Shown here piece after piece: positions 1-10,602 of a stretch of DNA of 64,000 nucleotides. The notes beneath the pieces were generated by a model, which searched no databases, was not told the DNA's origin, and saw only the letters and a program-made list of their open reading frames with translations. The position numbers were made by a program, and so were the translations under genes. Within the stretch, counting starts at the first letter, position 1; every line of letters begins with the position of its first letter. This DNA comes from Pirellulales bacterium (GTDB lineage Bacteria; Planctomycetota; Planctomycetia; Pirellulales; PALSA-1355), in assembly GCA_963733035.1 (NCBI GenBank), contig CAVTBU010000004.1, positions 96,001-160,000 of the forward strand. The letters run 5' to 3'.

Positions 1-350
1 ACGGGCTGGAAGCGGTCCCTTTTATAGAACAGCGACGAAAACTCGCCGCGTCGTTGGCCGTCGTCGCGCCCCACGCCAATCATCTCGTACTCGGGGAGCC
101 GCTCGCACAGAAAGTCAGCCTGAAAGTCCAGCACTTCCTGGGTGCCGAGCAGATCCGGCTTGAAATTGCGAATCGTCTCCACGACCAGTTCCTGGCGGTT
201 CTTCCAGGCATTGTCGCCATCGCCGGCCGTGCCGTAGCGGATGTTGAACGTCATCACGCGGACACTTGGGCCGACGGCAAAGGTCGCGCTGCTTGCGCAC
301 ATGGCAATAACAAACATGGTCAGCCGGCAGGCGGAATCAAAGTAGCTCAC
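1..350 (-). CDS. Endonuclease/exonuclease/phosphatase (EEP) family protein with signal peptide, 3'-truncated by the window edge
   Basis: Manual minus-strand translation gives VRVMTFNIRYGTAGDGDNAWKNRQELVVETIRNFKPDLLGTQEV...GVGRDDG..GEFSSLFY. GTG start at 350 with a GAGGA RBS. Confidence 0.85.
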   Translation of the reverse strand, partial: MSYFDSACRLTMFVIAMCASSATFAVGPSVRVMTFNIRYGTAGDGDNAWKNRQELVVETIRNFKPDLLGTQEVLDFQADFLCERLPEYEMIGVGRDDGQRRGEFSSLFYKRDRFQP

Positions 351-405
351 GGCTGTCTCCTCAGTGGAAGCGATATACACCGGCGGTCGCGGCACCGACA
401 AGCAC

Positions 406-1509
406 TCAGCCCTCGGCCACTTCGACGTAGACCTTCAGCGCGTCCTGGTCTTCAACCAGAGCCTTCATCATTTGACCGTAGTTTTCCAGGCCCTCGATCG
501 GCGTGGTTAAAATGCGCTGGATCACACCAGGAAACATGACCTCGCCGAGGGCCATGTCTTTGATGCCCATCTCGAAGTGTTCGCGGTTCGCGTTAACCGA
601 TCCGAGCAGTAGCTTATTGCCCAGCACCCAGTCGAGATTGACCTTGTCGGACGGAACTTCAACGTGCTGGCGGCCGCCGGTGACACTCGTCCACACGAGC
701 ACGCCGTTGTGACCCAACAGTTGCATGCAGCCGAAAGCAATCGCGCTGCTGCCGGTGGCGTCGATGATCAGATCGGCCTTGCCAGCCTTCTCCGGCATCG
801 CATCGAGAGGCACCTGCCGCGTGCTGACGTAGTGAGCTCCCATCGCTTCGACAATTTCTGATTTGAGCGACGGGCCCTCGCCGCGAGCCAACGTGTAGAC
901 TTCCAGCCCACGCAGGCGCAGCGCCAACGTCGTCAGCAGGCCGATCTGTCCGGCCCCCATCACATACGCAATTTGTGGCCGCCAGACGCGCAGACGGCGC
1001 TGCACCTCGAACGCCTGCTGCACGGCCTTGGTCGCGCAGCTCATCGGTTCGGCCAGTACATGCAGATGTTTCAGTCCCGCGGGCATGCGGACAATGAATT
1101 CGGCATCGTCGACGTAGTGTTCAGTGAGGAAGCCGTGCAGCAGGTTGATGCCGCGCTCGTAGTACGTCTCCTCGCTGGTCATGTCCGAGGTACCGATCTG
1201 GTCGTAGATCGAACCGCCGGGCCGGCGAACCGTGGCAGTGACATAGTCGCCCGGCTTCACGTGGCGAACGCCGGGGCCAACAGCTTCGACGATGCCAAAC
1301 GATTCGTGCCCCAACACCAGAAAGTCGTAGCCTGGCGGCGAGGCGCCGTATTTGGCTTCGTTGATTTCTCGGTCGGTGGCGTCGACACCGACCTTGAGCA
1401 CGCGCACCAGCACGCCGCGGCCCCGGGGCACGTCATCCACGCGCGGCTTGGGCAACTCGGTCAAGTGGACGCTGTTCGGGTTTCCGGGTGTAACGGCGAC
1501 AGCTTTCAT
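406..1509 (-). CDS. Zn-dependent glucose 1-dehydrogenase-like (MDR family)
   Basis: Starts MKAVAVTPG. Motifs GVDATD, LGHE, GDYV.ATVRR, ERGI..LHGFLTE, AEP, GAGQIG, GSVNA. Confidence 0.85.
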   Translation of the reverse strand: MKAVAVTPGNPNSVHLTELPKPRVDDVPRGRGVLVRVLKVGVDATDREINEAKYGASPPGYDFLVLGHESFGIVEAVGPGVRHVKPGDYVTATVRRPGGSIYDQIGTSDMTSEETYYERGINLLHGFLTEHYVDDAEFIVRMPAGLKHLHVLAEPMSCATKAVQQAFEVQRRLRVWRPQIAYVMGAGQIGLLTTLALRLRGLEVYTLARGEGPSLKSEIVEAMGAHYVSTRQVPLDAMPEKAGKADLIIDATGSSAIAFGCMQLLGHNGVLVWTSVTGGRQHVEVPSDKVNLDWVLGNKLLLGSVNANREHFEMGIKDMALGEVMFPGVIQRILTTPIEGLENYGQMMKALVEDQDALKVYVEVAEG

Positions 1510-1815
1510 GCAATTAAACCAGGGGAGTAGAGGCGCGGAAACTAGGCGACAGGTCGCCGGCCTGACGACTGCACGGACAGCCCAAAAAATCGTGCCGTCG
1601 CGAGTCAACAGCCTAGCCGCTGGCCGGGCGATGTCAACGCGGCCAGAGATCTCAGCCCAAGTGGCACGGCGCTTTCGACTAACCGCACCAAGTTCAATGA
1701 CCGATAACCAGCTTATCAAGGCCGCGCGACACCCTCGACAGATCTGGCAGACCACGCTAGCTTGGGAGGCGATGGCTTTTGGGCGGAACCGCGTTCGAAC
1801 CGGGAGGCTCGCAGC

Positions 1816-2214
1816 ATGCCGGCAACTACGATTGGTTTTGGCGCGGTGTTGTGCGCAATCGGGCTATGGGGTTACTTTGGCGCCGCGCCCGACAAGCAAA
1901 GCCTCACGGCGTTCATCCCAACCGCTTTCGGCGCGGTATTGATCCTGTGTGGCATCCTGGCCTTCAATGCCAAATTGCTCAAGCACGCCATGCACGCCGC
2001 CGCGGGCGTGGGGCTATTGGGATTCCTGGCAGCCGCCGGGCGTGGCCTGCCGAAGCTCGGTAACGCGATTTCCGACGATCCCGAGTTCAACCGCGCACCG
2101 CGATTAGTGCTGCTGATGGCGCTGGTTTGTCTGGTGTTTGTCGGCACGTGCGTCTGGTCGTTCATTTCCGCACGGCGGCGTCGGGCTGCCGGTGGCAGCG
2201 AAGCGACTGGCTAG
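1816..2214 (+). CDS. Small 4-TM membrane protein
   Basis: Four hydrophobic segments, SLTAFIP motif, Arg-rich C-terminus. Confidence 0.7.
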   Translation: MPATTIGFGAVLCAIGLWGYFGAAPDKQSLTAFIPTAFGAVLILCGILAFNAKLLKHAMHAAAGVGLLGFLAAAGRGLPKLGNAISDDPEFNRAPRLVLLMALVCLVFVGTCVWSFISARRRRAAGGSEATG

Positions 2215-2263
2215 GAAAACACTATACGGTGTTGATCAGCGCCGTGCCGCGCAACCGAAGCGA

Positions 2264-3672
2264 TCAGATCAACTCTCGAATCGGCTCGCCTGCTTCGACG
2301 TAGTAGCGCGGCCGACCGCGGTTGTCGAGATAGGTTCCATCGAGTGGCACGCCCATGTGCCGATAGATGGTCGCCGCCAAATCGCCCGGCGTGACGGGGC
2401 GATGCTTGATTTGTCCGCCGTCGCGCTCGGTGGCGCCAATGACCTGGCCATGCCGCATGCCACCGCCGGCCAGGGTCATCGACATCACGACCGGCCAGTG
2501 ATCGCGGCCGTCGGTGCTACCCTGCGTGCCAAGCCGCGGCGTGCGACCGAATTCTCCCATCGCCATCACGAGCACGTCGTCGAGCAGGCCGCGCTCTTCG
2601 AGGTCGCTCACCAGTGTTGTCAGTAAGTGATCGAACACCGGCAATAGCGGCCGCAGTCCGTTCCAGATGCCGCCATACGGCGGAATGTTATCGCCGTGCG
2701 TGTCCCAGGTGCCCGAGGCGCCGTGATTGCTCAGGTCGATCGTCACGTAGCTGACGCCGGCCTCGACGAGCCGCCGGGCGAGCAGTGCCTGTTGACACCA
2801 ATCGTGTGACCCGTACCGCTCGCGAACGGCCATCGGTTCGCGCCCGAGGTCGAACACTTCCTGCGCCTGTTGTCCGGTGACGATGTCGATCGCCTGTTGT
2901 TCGAAGCGATCGACCGCGGCCATCGACCCGCTCAGGTCCAGGTCGCGCCGCAGGCGGTCAAACTGTTGGACCAGGTCGTGCCGCGTGCGGATGCGCTGCT
3001 GGTCGAGGCCGCTCGGCAGTGAAAACAACGAGCTGGCCTGATTTCCCAGAAACGGGTCGAACTCCTTGCCCAAGTAGCCAGCCCAGGCCACGTGCGACCG
3101 CGATTTCATATTCAGCACCACGCTCGGCGGCATCGCGCGGTTGGCGGCTCCGCGATGCCGGGCGACAATCGAGGCAATGGCCGGGAACTTGTCCCCTTCC
3201 AATTGATTGACGCGCGGGGCGGCCGCCCGATTGCCGGTCTGGAATACCTGGTTGGGTTCATGGTTGCTGAAGCGCGCGTCGACCGAGCGAATGATGGTTA
3301 ATTTGTCCATTAGCGCCGCCTGCTTGGGCAGGTACTCGCAGAGCCGCACGCCCGGCAGCTTGCTGGCGATCGTGCCGAACGGGCCGCGGATTTCCGGCGG
3401 CGCGTCCGGCTTGACGTCCCAGGTGTCGATGTGGCTGGGGCCACCGGTCATCCAAATCAGAATGACGCTCTTGTTGCCGGGAAGCGGCTCTCCGGCGTCA
3501 GCCGCGGCGCTGCGCGCCGAAGTAGATCGCCGAAAGACAAGCCGGCGATGCCCGCCAGGCCGGCCTTCAGGACGCTGCGACGGCTGAAGGCCGCCAGCCC
3601 GTCGCGCCATCGCGCGTTCAAAAAACCAAAGGCATGACCCGCCGACGGCGGGTGAGGCAGGTGGGGGTTCAT
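2264..3672 (-). CDS. DUF1501 protein (Tat-like N-terminus), 1-nt frameshift near 3512
   Basis: SRRSVLKAG lies in one frame. KSVILIWMTGGPSHIDTWD, WDTH, GEFGRTP, GRDHW lie in the next. Confidence 0.9.
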
Positions 3673-3775
3673 GGACGGGTATTGTAGCCTATCGGCCGCG
3701 AGAGCCCAAACGCAGACTGTTGGCGTGATCAAAAATCGCCAACTCTGCCAGAATCGCAGCCCTCGGATGATTTGC

Positions 3776-4240
3776 TTAATTCCGGTTGATCTTCTTCAGC
3801 AGCGAGATCTGGCCGGCGTGGTAGATGTTGTGCTGGATGATCCCGTGCAGGGCGACATACGTTTTCGACATGTTTTCGATGATGGGCATTTCTAGCCGAG
3901 CTTCGTCGAGCGCCATCACCTCGTCTCGCAACTGGGAGTTGGCGCGTCGCAAATCGCGCAAGGCGTCTTGCCAGGCGCCTTCGCTAGTGTGTCGCACCTC
4001 AGGCCAGTCGTCGCCCGGGCCGGGCCGAACTCCTTCGCCCTGCAGCCAGCGCCGCACGGTGTCTTGCCAGAAGGTGAGATGCAAGACGATTTGCCAAATC
4101 GAATGCGCGCCGGCCGGCGAGTTGGCAGCGGCCAGGTCGGCATCGACCCCGTCGAGGGCTTCATCGACCGCCGGCCCGTGAAACGCTCTCCCCTCGAAAG
4201 TCCGCTGCAATTGCTTGGCGATCCGATGCACTTCGCTCAT
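3776..4240 (-). CDS. DinB family protein
   Basis: HSIWQIVLHL and QHNIYHAGQI metal-His motifs. Confidence 0.85.
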   Translation of the reverse strand: MSEVHRIAKQLQRTFEGRAFHGPAVDEALDGVDADLAAANSPAGAHSIWQIVLHLTFWQDTVRRWLQGEGVRPGPGDDWPEVRHTSEGAWQDALRDLRRANSQLRDEVMALDEARLEMPIIENMSKTYVALHGIIQHNIYHAGQISLLKKINRN

Positions 4241-4281
4241 GTATTCATCCACCTACAAAAAACCGGTCGCTTCAAGATATC

Positions 4282-5130
4282 CTACGGATCGTGACGATTG
4301 ATGAACTCTACCAGTGAGTCAATGTACTGACGCGGCATGTAACCGGCCATGATGGCCGTTAGATGCGACTTGCCCGGCAAGACGACAGCCTGAAAGTCGG
4401 CCAGTTCGCGTTGCATGCGATGCGTCTTGGCATTCGGCCGATCGAACTCGCCGTTGATGGCTAGCACCGGAATCGTGATCTTCGTCAGATCGAGCGTGGG
4501 CCGCTCGCCCGGCTTCCAGTCGTATTGTCGCACGGCGGCCAAAGCCTCTTCGTCGCGATCGGGACGGGCCGACAGCTTCTTCGACGCCTCGGCCTCTTGC
4601 GGGTCCGGCCCTGGCCTATCCTCGGGCACTTGCGAGATGTATGCCTGCTCGACTTCCGGCACGCCCGACCCACCGTACGATGCCGTGATGAATCGCTCGG
4701 GATGGGTGGCCAACAGCTGCGAGACAATGAAACCACCCATCGAGTAACCGTGAACATGCGCCTTGTCGATGTGCAAGTGATCCATCAGTTCAACGACGTC
4801 CTCGGCCATGTGCGGTCCGTACTTGGCCGGATCGTGTGGCTTGTCACTTTCGCCGTGTCCGCGGCAATCGATGGCCACCACGCGATGATTCTTGGCGAGC
4901 GCGTCGGCGACGCCGTTGGCAAACCAATTACCCCGCGCCGATCCAGTGTAGCCGTGGATCAGGACGACGGGAGTACCCTTGCCGGCTTCGAGGTAATGAA
5001 TCTTCACGCCATCGGAGGCCGTGAACGAGCCGTCAATGGGTTCAAGCCCAGCGGCCTGCCGCCCGACCAACATCACGCCGACGATCAGCCACAGTCCGCC
5101 GATTAGCAGCCACCGCCTGTCGATTTGCAT
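4282..5130 (-). CDS. Secreted alpha/beta hydrolase
   Basis: LIHGY, DCRGHGES, GYSMGG nucleophile elbow, GEFD, GKSH; N-terminal signal peptide. Confidence 0.85.
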   Translation of the reverse strand: MQIDRRWLLIGGLWLIVGVMLVGRQAAGLEPIDGSFTASDGVKIHYLEAGKGTPVVLIHGYTGSARGNWFANGVADALAKNHRVVAIDCRGHGESDKPHDPAKYGPHMAEDVVELMDHLHIDKAHVHGYSMGGFIVSQLLATHPERFITASYGGSGVPEVEQAYISQVPEDRPGPDPQEAEASKKLSARPDRDEEALAAVRQYDWKPGERPTLDLTKITIPVLAINGEFDRPNAKTHRMQRELADFQAVVLPGKSHLTAIMAGYMPRQYIDSLVEFINRHDP

Positions 5131-5354
5131 CGCCGCCGCCTTTCCGCGCCGCATCGTGCCGCTAAATGCATGAGAACTTGCCCGAGACGATTTTCCCGCC
5201 GGAGGAGTGAAAAAGCAAGATTTCTCTATTTGACGCGCAAAACGCTCCGCGGCCAGGGATCTGTCGAAAGTTGACCCGGGCAGCCGCGGTAGACTAAGTT
5301 TGCGGTGGAACGGTTGGGTGCCTTTCAGTTCTTGCGGATGAGGAAACTCTTGCC

Positions 5355-5977
5355 ATGTTGCGCGCCAGCTTTGTGATCGGACTGCTCGTTCTTTTCAGCG
5401 CGTCGGCCACGGCCGGCAAATACAACTCGGTGCTCAACATTGGCGACGCGGCGCCGGCCTGGAACAACTTGCCAGGCGTCGACGGCAAGCAGCATTCGCT
5501 CTCGGACCTGGCCGACAAGGACCTGGTCGTCGTGGTCTTTACATGCAACAGTTGTCCGGTGGCCACCGACTACGAGGATCGGATTCTGGACTTCTCAAGG
5601 AAATACGCGGGCCCTAAGGGAAAAGTCGGGTTGGTGGCGATCTGCGTCAATCAAATCCCCGAAGACCGGCTTCCCAAGATGAAAGAGCGGGCTGAATCGA
5701 AGGGGTTTGATTTCCCCTACCTTTACGACGAGTCGCAAAAGATCGGTAAGGAGTACGGCGCGGCCTTCACTCCTGAGTTCTTTGTTCTCGACAAGAGTCG
5801 TAAAGTCGTCTACATGGGTGGGATGGACGACAGCAGCAATCCAGAGATGGTGAAAAATCAGTATCTGGAACCGGCCGTCGAAGCGGCTCTGACGGGTGGC
5901 GCCCGGAAACGGCCGAGGCGCCGGCCATTGGCTGCCGCGTGCGCTATGCCCGCCAGCGGAGAAGCCGGGCGAACTAG
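5355..5977 (+). CDS. Thioredoxin-like/AhpC-TSA (PRX-like1) protein, 1-nt frameshift near 5900
   Basis: FTCNSCP, FPYLYDESQ, TPEFFV, YMGGMDD. The conserved tail AIGCRVRY is in a shifted frame ending TAG 5977. Confidence 0.85.
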
Positions 5978-6115
5978 ATTTGGCGTGCTCTGCGCGTCCT
6001 TCCCAAAAGCGGCGCAGCCCCCCAAATACCGCCAGCTTCGCGATTTCCCGAGAAGTCACTCTGACGACGATCGGACTGAGCGGCGACGCGCGCCAAAAAT
6101 TTGGGCCCTCTTTGC

Positions 6116-6217
6116 TTGACAGATTTCGCGTTTTCGTCTTAAATCAAAACAGAATCAGAATTCTAGTTCAAAGCCGCTCAATTCTCGGCCGAATTCACTA
6201 TTTAGAATTCGTGTTCT
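6116..6217 (+). promoter_or_regulatory. sigma70-like promoter with two palindromic candidate TetR operators
   Basis: TTGACA (6116-6121)-N17-TTAAAT. AGAAT-CAGA-ATTCT at 6151-6164 and AGAAT-TCGT-GTTCT at 6204-6217. Confidence 0.6.
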
Positions 6218-6223
6218 GATTCG

Positions 6224-6928
6224 ATGCCCTGGGAGGTTCCCCCCGACGTGTCACACATGTTGAACAAGGTGGAGTGGGTCAAACCGACTCATCAAGCACG
6301 CAGCCAGGAGACGCTTGAACGCCTGCTGGATGCGGCCGAAGAGTTGGTCTCCGAGCGCGGCTTTGACAATGCCACGGTTTCGGAAATCGTCCGTCGCGCC
6401 AATTCCTCGGTCGGCGCGATGTATGCCCGCTTCAGCGACAAGGACTCGCTGCTGGTCTGCCTACATGAGCGATTTTGCGAACAGGCCTTGGCCACGGCTG
6501 ACATGGCGCTCGATCCGCAGCGTTGGGAGGGCTCGCCAATCGCCGACATCATCACGACGACCGTCCCCTTTCTGGCGCACACCTACTATCACAAGCGGGG
6601 TTTGGTGCGGGCGTTCATTGCTCGATGCGTAAGCGACGACAGCTTCGCCGAGCGCGCCAGCCGCGTGGGCCGCGAAATCTCCGAGAAGTTGATTTCGCTG
6701 TTGTTGGCCCGTCGCGAGGAGATTCGCCACCCCGATCCGATGCTGGCCATCGACTTTGGCCTGCGATTGATATTCGACTCGCTGGATCACGAGACGATGT
6801 ACACCAACTTCCAGCGTGGCAAGATTCGATTCACCAGGGAGCAGTTGGCAGAGGAATTGTCCCGGGCATTTTTAAGCTATCTCGGCGTGGAATCCCCCCA
6901 GGTTTGGCAAAACGGATCCGCTGTTTGA
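6224..6928 (+). CDS. TetR/AcrR family regulator
   Basis: QARSQETLERLLDAAEELVSERGFDNATVSEIVRRANSSVGAMYARFSDK HTH. Confidence 0.92.
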   Translation: MPWEVPPDVSHMLNKVEWVKPTHQARSQETLERLLDAAEELVSERGFDNATVSEIVRRANSSVGAMYARFSDKDSLLVCLHERFCEQALATADMALDPQRWEGSPIADIITTTVPFLAHTYYHKRGLVRAFIARCVSDDSFAERASRVGREISEKLISLLLARREEIRHPDPMLAIDFGLRLIFDSLDHETMYTNFQRGKIRFTREQLAEELSRAFLSYLGVESPQVWQNGSAV

Positions 6929-6985
6929 CGTGGTGGACGGGTGTTCCGCGCAAAACTCGCACTAAAAAAGGATGGAGGTTGAACG

Positions 6986-9292
6986 ATGGGCAAAGTCTTC
7001 CTTTCCATGTTGGCAACTCTCGCGCTAGGGATTGGCGCGCTGGAAGCCGTGGCAGACGAAGCAACGCCAATCGGCAAGAAGATCGACGACTTCACGGCTA
7101 GCGACTTCCGCGGCAAGGAAGTCTCACTCAAAGACTTCGCTGGCAGCAAGGCCGTGGTTGTCGCCGTGCTGGGCACCGAATGCCCGCAAGCCAAGCTGTA
7201 TGCTCCGCGACTGGCGGAACTGGCCGAGCGGTTCAAGGCGCAGGGCGTCGCCTTTGTCGGCATCGATGCCAACCAGCAAGACTCCGTGACTGAGTTGGCT
7301 CACTACGCCAAGGAGCACGGCATCAACTTCCCGCTGCTGAAAGACGCCGGCAACGTGATCGCCGATCAGCTGGGCGCGGTCCGCACGCCAGAGGCCTTCC
7401 TGTTGGACGGCGATCGCGTGGTTCGCTACTGGGGCCGCATTGACGATCAATATGGGTTTCAGGACGGCGGAGTAGCCTACCAGCGCGAAGCGCCGGAACG
7501 GCAGGATCTGGCCGTGGCCATCGAGGAAGTGCTCGCCGGCAAGCCCGTTACGGTGGCCGTGGCACGCAGCCAGGGCTGCCATATCGGCCGCATCAAGCAG
7601 CCCGTGGCAGATAGCGACGTAACCTACACCAAGCACATCGCCAAAATCCTCAACAATAACTGCGTTTATTGCCATCGCGAAAAGCAAATCGCGCCGTTCT
7701 CGCTCACCAGCTACGACGACGCCGTCGGCTGGGCTGAAATGATGCGCGAGGTGGTCAATGAAAACCGCATGCCCCCTTGGCATGCCGATCCGAAGTACGG
7801 GCACTTCTCCAACGATGCCCGCTTGAGCGACGAGGAAAGGGAACAACTCAACAAGTGGGTCGACAATGGGGCTCCCGAGGGTGATCCGAAAGACTTGCCC
7901 GAGCCGCCGAAGTTTGCCGAGGGGTGGCTGATTCCCAAGCCCGATGAAGTGGTCTACATGCCCGAGGAGTACGACGTGCCGGCGACCGGAACGGTCGAGT
8001 ATCAGCGGTTCATCGTCGATCCGGGCTGGACCGAGGACAAATGGATCAAGGCCATGGAATGCAAGCCCGGCAACGCGTCGGTCGTGCATCACATCATCGT
8101 CTACCTGGTTCCCTCGGGCGTGACGCCCACGGGCCGGGCCGGGCGCGTGCGAACGAACTGGCTGGGAGCGTTTGCTCCCGGCGTGCGGCCGCAGGTGCTC
8201 GACGACGAGATGGGGCGCTTCGTGCAAAAGGGCTCCAAGCTGCTGTTCGAAATGCACTACACGCCCAACGGCTCGGCCCAAAAGGACCGCAGCTACGTGG
8301 GCTTCAAGTTTGCCGATCCCTCGAAGGTGAAGCGCGAAGTGGCGGTGCAAAACGCCGGCAACTTCACATTCAAGATTCCGCCCGGAGATCCGAATCACAA
8401 GGTGGAGGCGGATTTCACGTTCCGCCAAAAGACGCTGCTATTGTCGGTTTCTCCGCATATGCACGTTCGAGGTAAAGATTTCCGCTACGACCTGGTCTTT
8501 CCGGACGGCCGCAGCGAAACGGTGCTGTGGGTGCCGCAGTACGACTTCGGCTGGCAGACAACCTACATGCTCGACAAGCCAATGGAATTACCGCGCGGCA
8601 CAAAGCTGCACTGCGTCGCACATTTTGACAATTCTGCCGACAACTACGCCAACCCAGATCCGACTAAGGAAGTGACCTGGGGCGAACAGACCTGGGAAGA
8701 AATGATGTTCGGTTGGTTCGAAATGTCCCTGGCCGATCAGGACCTGACAAAGCCGGCCACCGAGCAGGCCGAGCGGGTCAAGGAGTTCCTCGAGGTGGCC
8801 GACACGACCCAGCTCGACGAACAGATGAAGGCCCTGGCTCGTACTGCACTAAAGGACGACAAGTCGTTCGAACTGATCGGCTATCAGCTCATGGAGTTGG
8901 TGCCGCAGATCGACCGGATTTGCGTTACCAGCGTTGAGAAAGGCCGCATCCGACTGAAGTTTTTGCAGGAGCGGTTGGGCCTCGACACATCGTTCCGCAG
9001 CAAATCGACCATCATCCGCACCAAGGGGCAGTCGCTGGCCGACTACATCCAAGGGGACAAGACGGTCGTGAACCCCACCTTGGCAAATACCCAGGGTTCG
9101 GTAATGGTCAACATGTCGCGCAAGGACATTCGTTCGAGTATGCACGTGCCGGTCGAAATCGACGGCGCGCCCGCGACAATTAACTTCTGGAGTTCCGAAG
9201 CAAGTGCGTTTCCGCCGCAGGCCGTGAAGATCCTGGAGGAAGTCGCGCACTTGATGGCCGAAGGGGCGACCAAGGTCGCCAGCGCCAAGTAG
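6986..9292 (+). CDS. Secreted redoxin + cytochrome c + PHM/DBH-like copper monooxygenase domains + C-terminal GAF-like domain
   Basis: GTECP redoxin, CVYCH...MPPW heme c, HH/H and HMH/EEMM copper-ligand pattern, RSSMHVPV...TINFWSSEASAF tail. Confidence 0.75.
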   Translation: MGKVFLSMLATLALGIGALEAVADEATPIGKKIDDFTASDFRGKEVSLKDFAGSKAVVVAVLGTECPQAKLYAPRLAELAERFKAQGVAFVGIDANQQDSVTELAHYAKEHGINFPLLKDAGNVIADQLGAVRTPEAFLLDGDRVVRYWGRIDDQYGFQDGGVAYQREAPERQDLAVAIEEVLAGKPVTVAVARSQGCHIGRIKQPVADSDVTYTKHIAKILNNNCVYCHREKQIAPFSLTSYDDAVGWAEMMREVVNENRMPPWHADPKYGHFSNDARLSDEEREQLNKWVDNGAPEGDPKDLPEPPKFAEGWLIPKPDEVVYMPEEYDVPATGTVEYQRFIVDPGWTEDKWIKAMECKPGNASVVHHIIVYLVPSGVTPTGRAGRVRTNWLGAFAPGVRPQVLDDEMGRFVQKGSKLLFEMHYTPNGSAQKDRSYVGFKFADPSKVKREVAVQNAGNFTFKIPPGDPNHKVEADFTFRQKTLLLSVSPHMHVRGKDFRYDLVFPDGRSETVLWVPQYDFGWQTTYMLDKPMELPRGTKLHCVAHFDNSADNYANPDPTKEVTWGEQTWEEMMFGWFEMSLADQDLTKPATEQAERVKEFLEVADTTQLDEQMKALARTALKDDKSFELIGYQLMELVPQIDRICVTSVEKGRIRLKFLQERLGLDTSFRSKSTIIRTKGQSLADYIQGDKTVVNPTLANTQGSVMVNMSRKDIRSSMHVPVEIDGAPATINFWSSEASAFPPQAVKILEEVAHLMAEGATKVASAK

Positions 9293-9331
9293 AGATCATG
9301 AGGAAACCCACCTGGGGGGTGGGGGCAAGTG

Positions 9332-9375
9332 GAGTGCCCCGTGGGTCCAAAAGGCTCACGGGGCACTCGCGTTTT
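9332..9375 (+). terminator. Intrinsic terminator
   Basis: GAGTGCCCCGTGGG / CTCACGGGGCACTC stem followed by GCGTTTT. Confidence 0.7.
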
Positions 9376-9482
9376 CATGGGCCATGCCCTGTCCACGCGA
9401 TTCGAAGGAGCTTAGCCTGGCCCGGAGACATCGTCGACGGCGCGTCGCTTCGAAACAATTTGAGACGGCCCCCACTTCGCCG

Positions 9483-10295
9483 CTACTGCTCCGGCTTTGT
9501 GGTCGAAGACGCGTCATCCGAAGTCCAGGGCAGGAAGTGCTTCCGCAGATCGCCAAAGCGAATCTCGACGCCGCCCATCAGCACGACGTTGTTCATTGTG
9601 GGCAGTCCGCCGCCGCCGATCGTCAAATTGTCGACCAGGTCGGCGCGAAGCGCCAGCCAGTCTCGAATGGGGTACTTGAACCCCAGACCAAACGGCACGT
9701 CCGCCAGCACGCGGCTCACATGCTGGTTTTGGCTATCGTTCACGTTGAAGTTAGCCATGCCCGCTCCGAGCGTGACGAAGGGTCGGAATCGCGTATTCTC
9801 CCAAGGATAGTACATCAGGCTGGCATCCCAAAAGAGCGCGCGTTCGATCTGTGTGTCGCTGGGGTTGAAGCGCGTTGAATTGTTGAGCCAGGCGTCCGTC
9901 AGCTTGGTTTCCAATCCCCAATGTTCGGCAAAGTCCCAGCCATAGCGCTTGGATATCGCGAGCCCCACGGCATCGTCGCCGTGGCCGCTATGAAACGGAT
10001 CGCCCGCGATCGCGCCGGCGAAGTAACCGCCGCTGAAGGGGTGATCGCGCCAGCGATAGCCGTCCGATGCCACGGCCGGCTCGACCGCAGGCGGCGCGGT
10101 TGAAATCGGTTTGGAGTCCCCCACTCCGCTCACGGGCGGCACGCGTTCGGAGGTCACTGCCGTAGAACGTGCGCAACTCGGTTCAACTTGCGGAGGCACC
10201 AACGTCGAAGGGGCCGAGCGACGCAGTTCCGCACATCCAGCGATCAAGCCGAGCAGCAACATTGCCCAAACCAAAGTATCGCCGGATTGTCGCAA
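9483..10295 (-). CDS. Outer-membrane beta-barrel protein (possible lipoprotein; alternative start 10262)
   Basis: LIAGC lipobox-like motif, Pro-rich linker, amphipathic strands RPFVTLGAG, PFGLGFKY, GGVEIRF. Confidence 0.7.
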   Translation of the reverse strand: MRQSGDTLVWAMLLLGLIAGCAELRRSAPSTLVPPQVEPSCARSTAVTSERVPPVSGVGDSKPISTAPPAVEPAVASDGYRWRDHPFSGGYFAGAIAGDPFHSGHGDDAVGLAISKRYGWDFAEHWGLETKLTDAWLNNSTRFNPSDTQIERALFWDASLMYYPWENTRFRPFVTLGAGMANFNVNDSQNQHVSRVLADVPFGLGFKYPIRDWLALRADLVDNLTIGGGGLPTMNNVVLMGGVEIRFGDLRKHFLPWTSDDASSTTKPEQ

Positions 10296-10602
10296 AATGG
10301 CTGTACGCCTGCGTTTGACCCCGCCTCAACTGCCGTAGGGCAATTCGGTCAAAACCGACGTAATCTCCGTTAGCCGCCCGTACCGTTGAGAGGGGTGCGA
10401 GTATCCTGCGACGCGCCCGGCATGTCAACGCGGAAACGCTGGCACATGCCGAACCTTTCCAAACTTTCAGGGTTTTGGACCATTTCGGTGAGATCACACG
10501 CACGAAAACGCAAGCAGACTTGAGATGGCACTCTTCACATCGAAGTGGCGTGTCAGAAGGTCGCTTGTCGAAGGACCTCGCGCACTTGCAACAGCTATCG
10601 AT

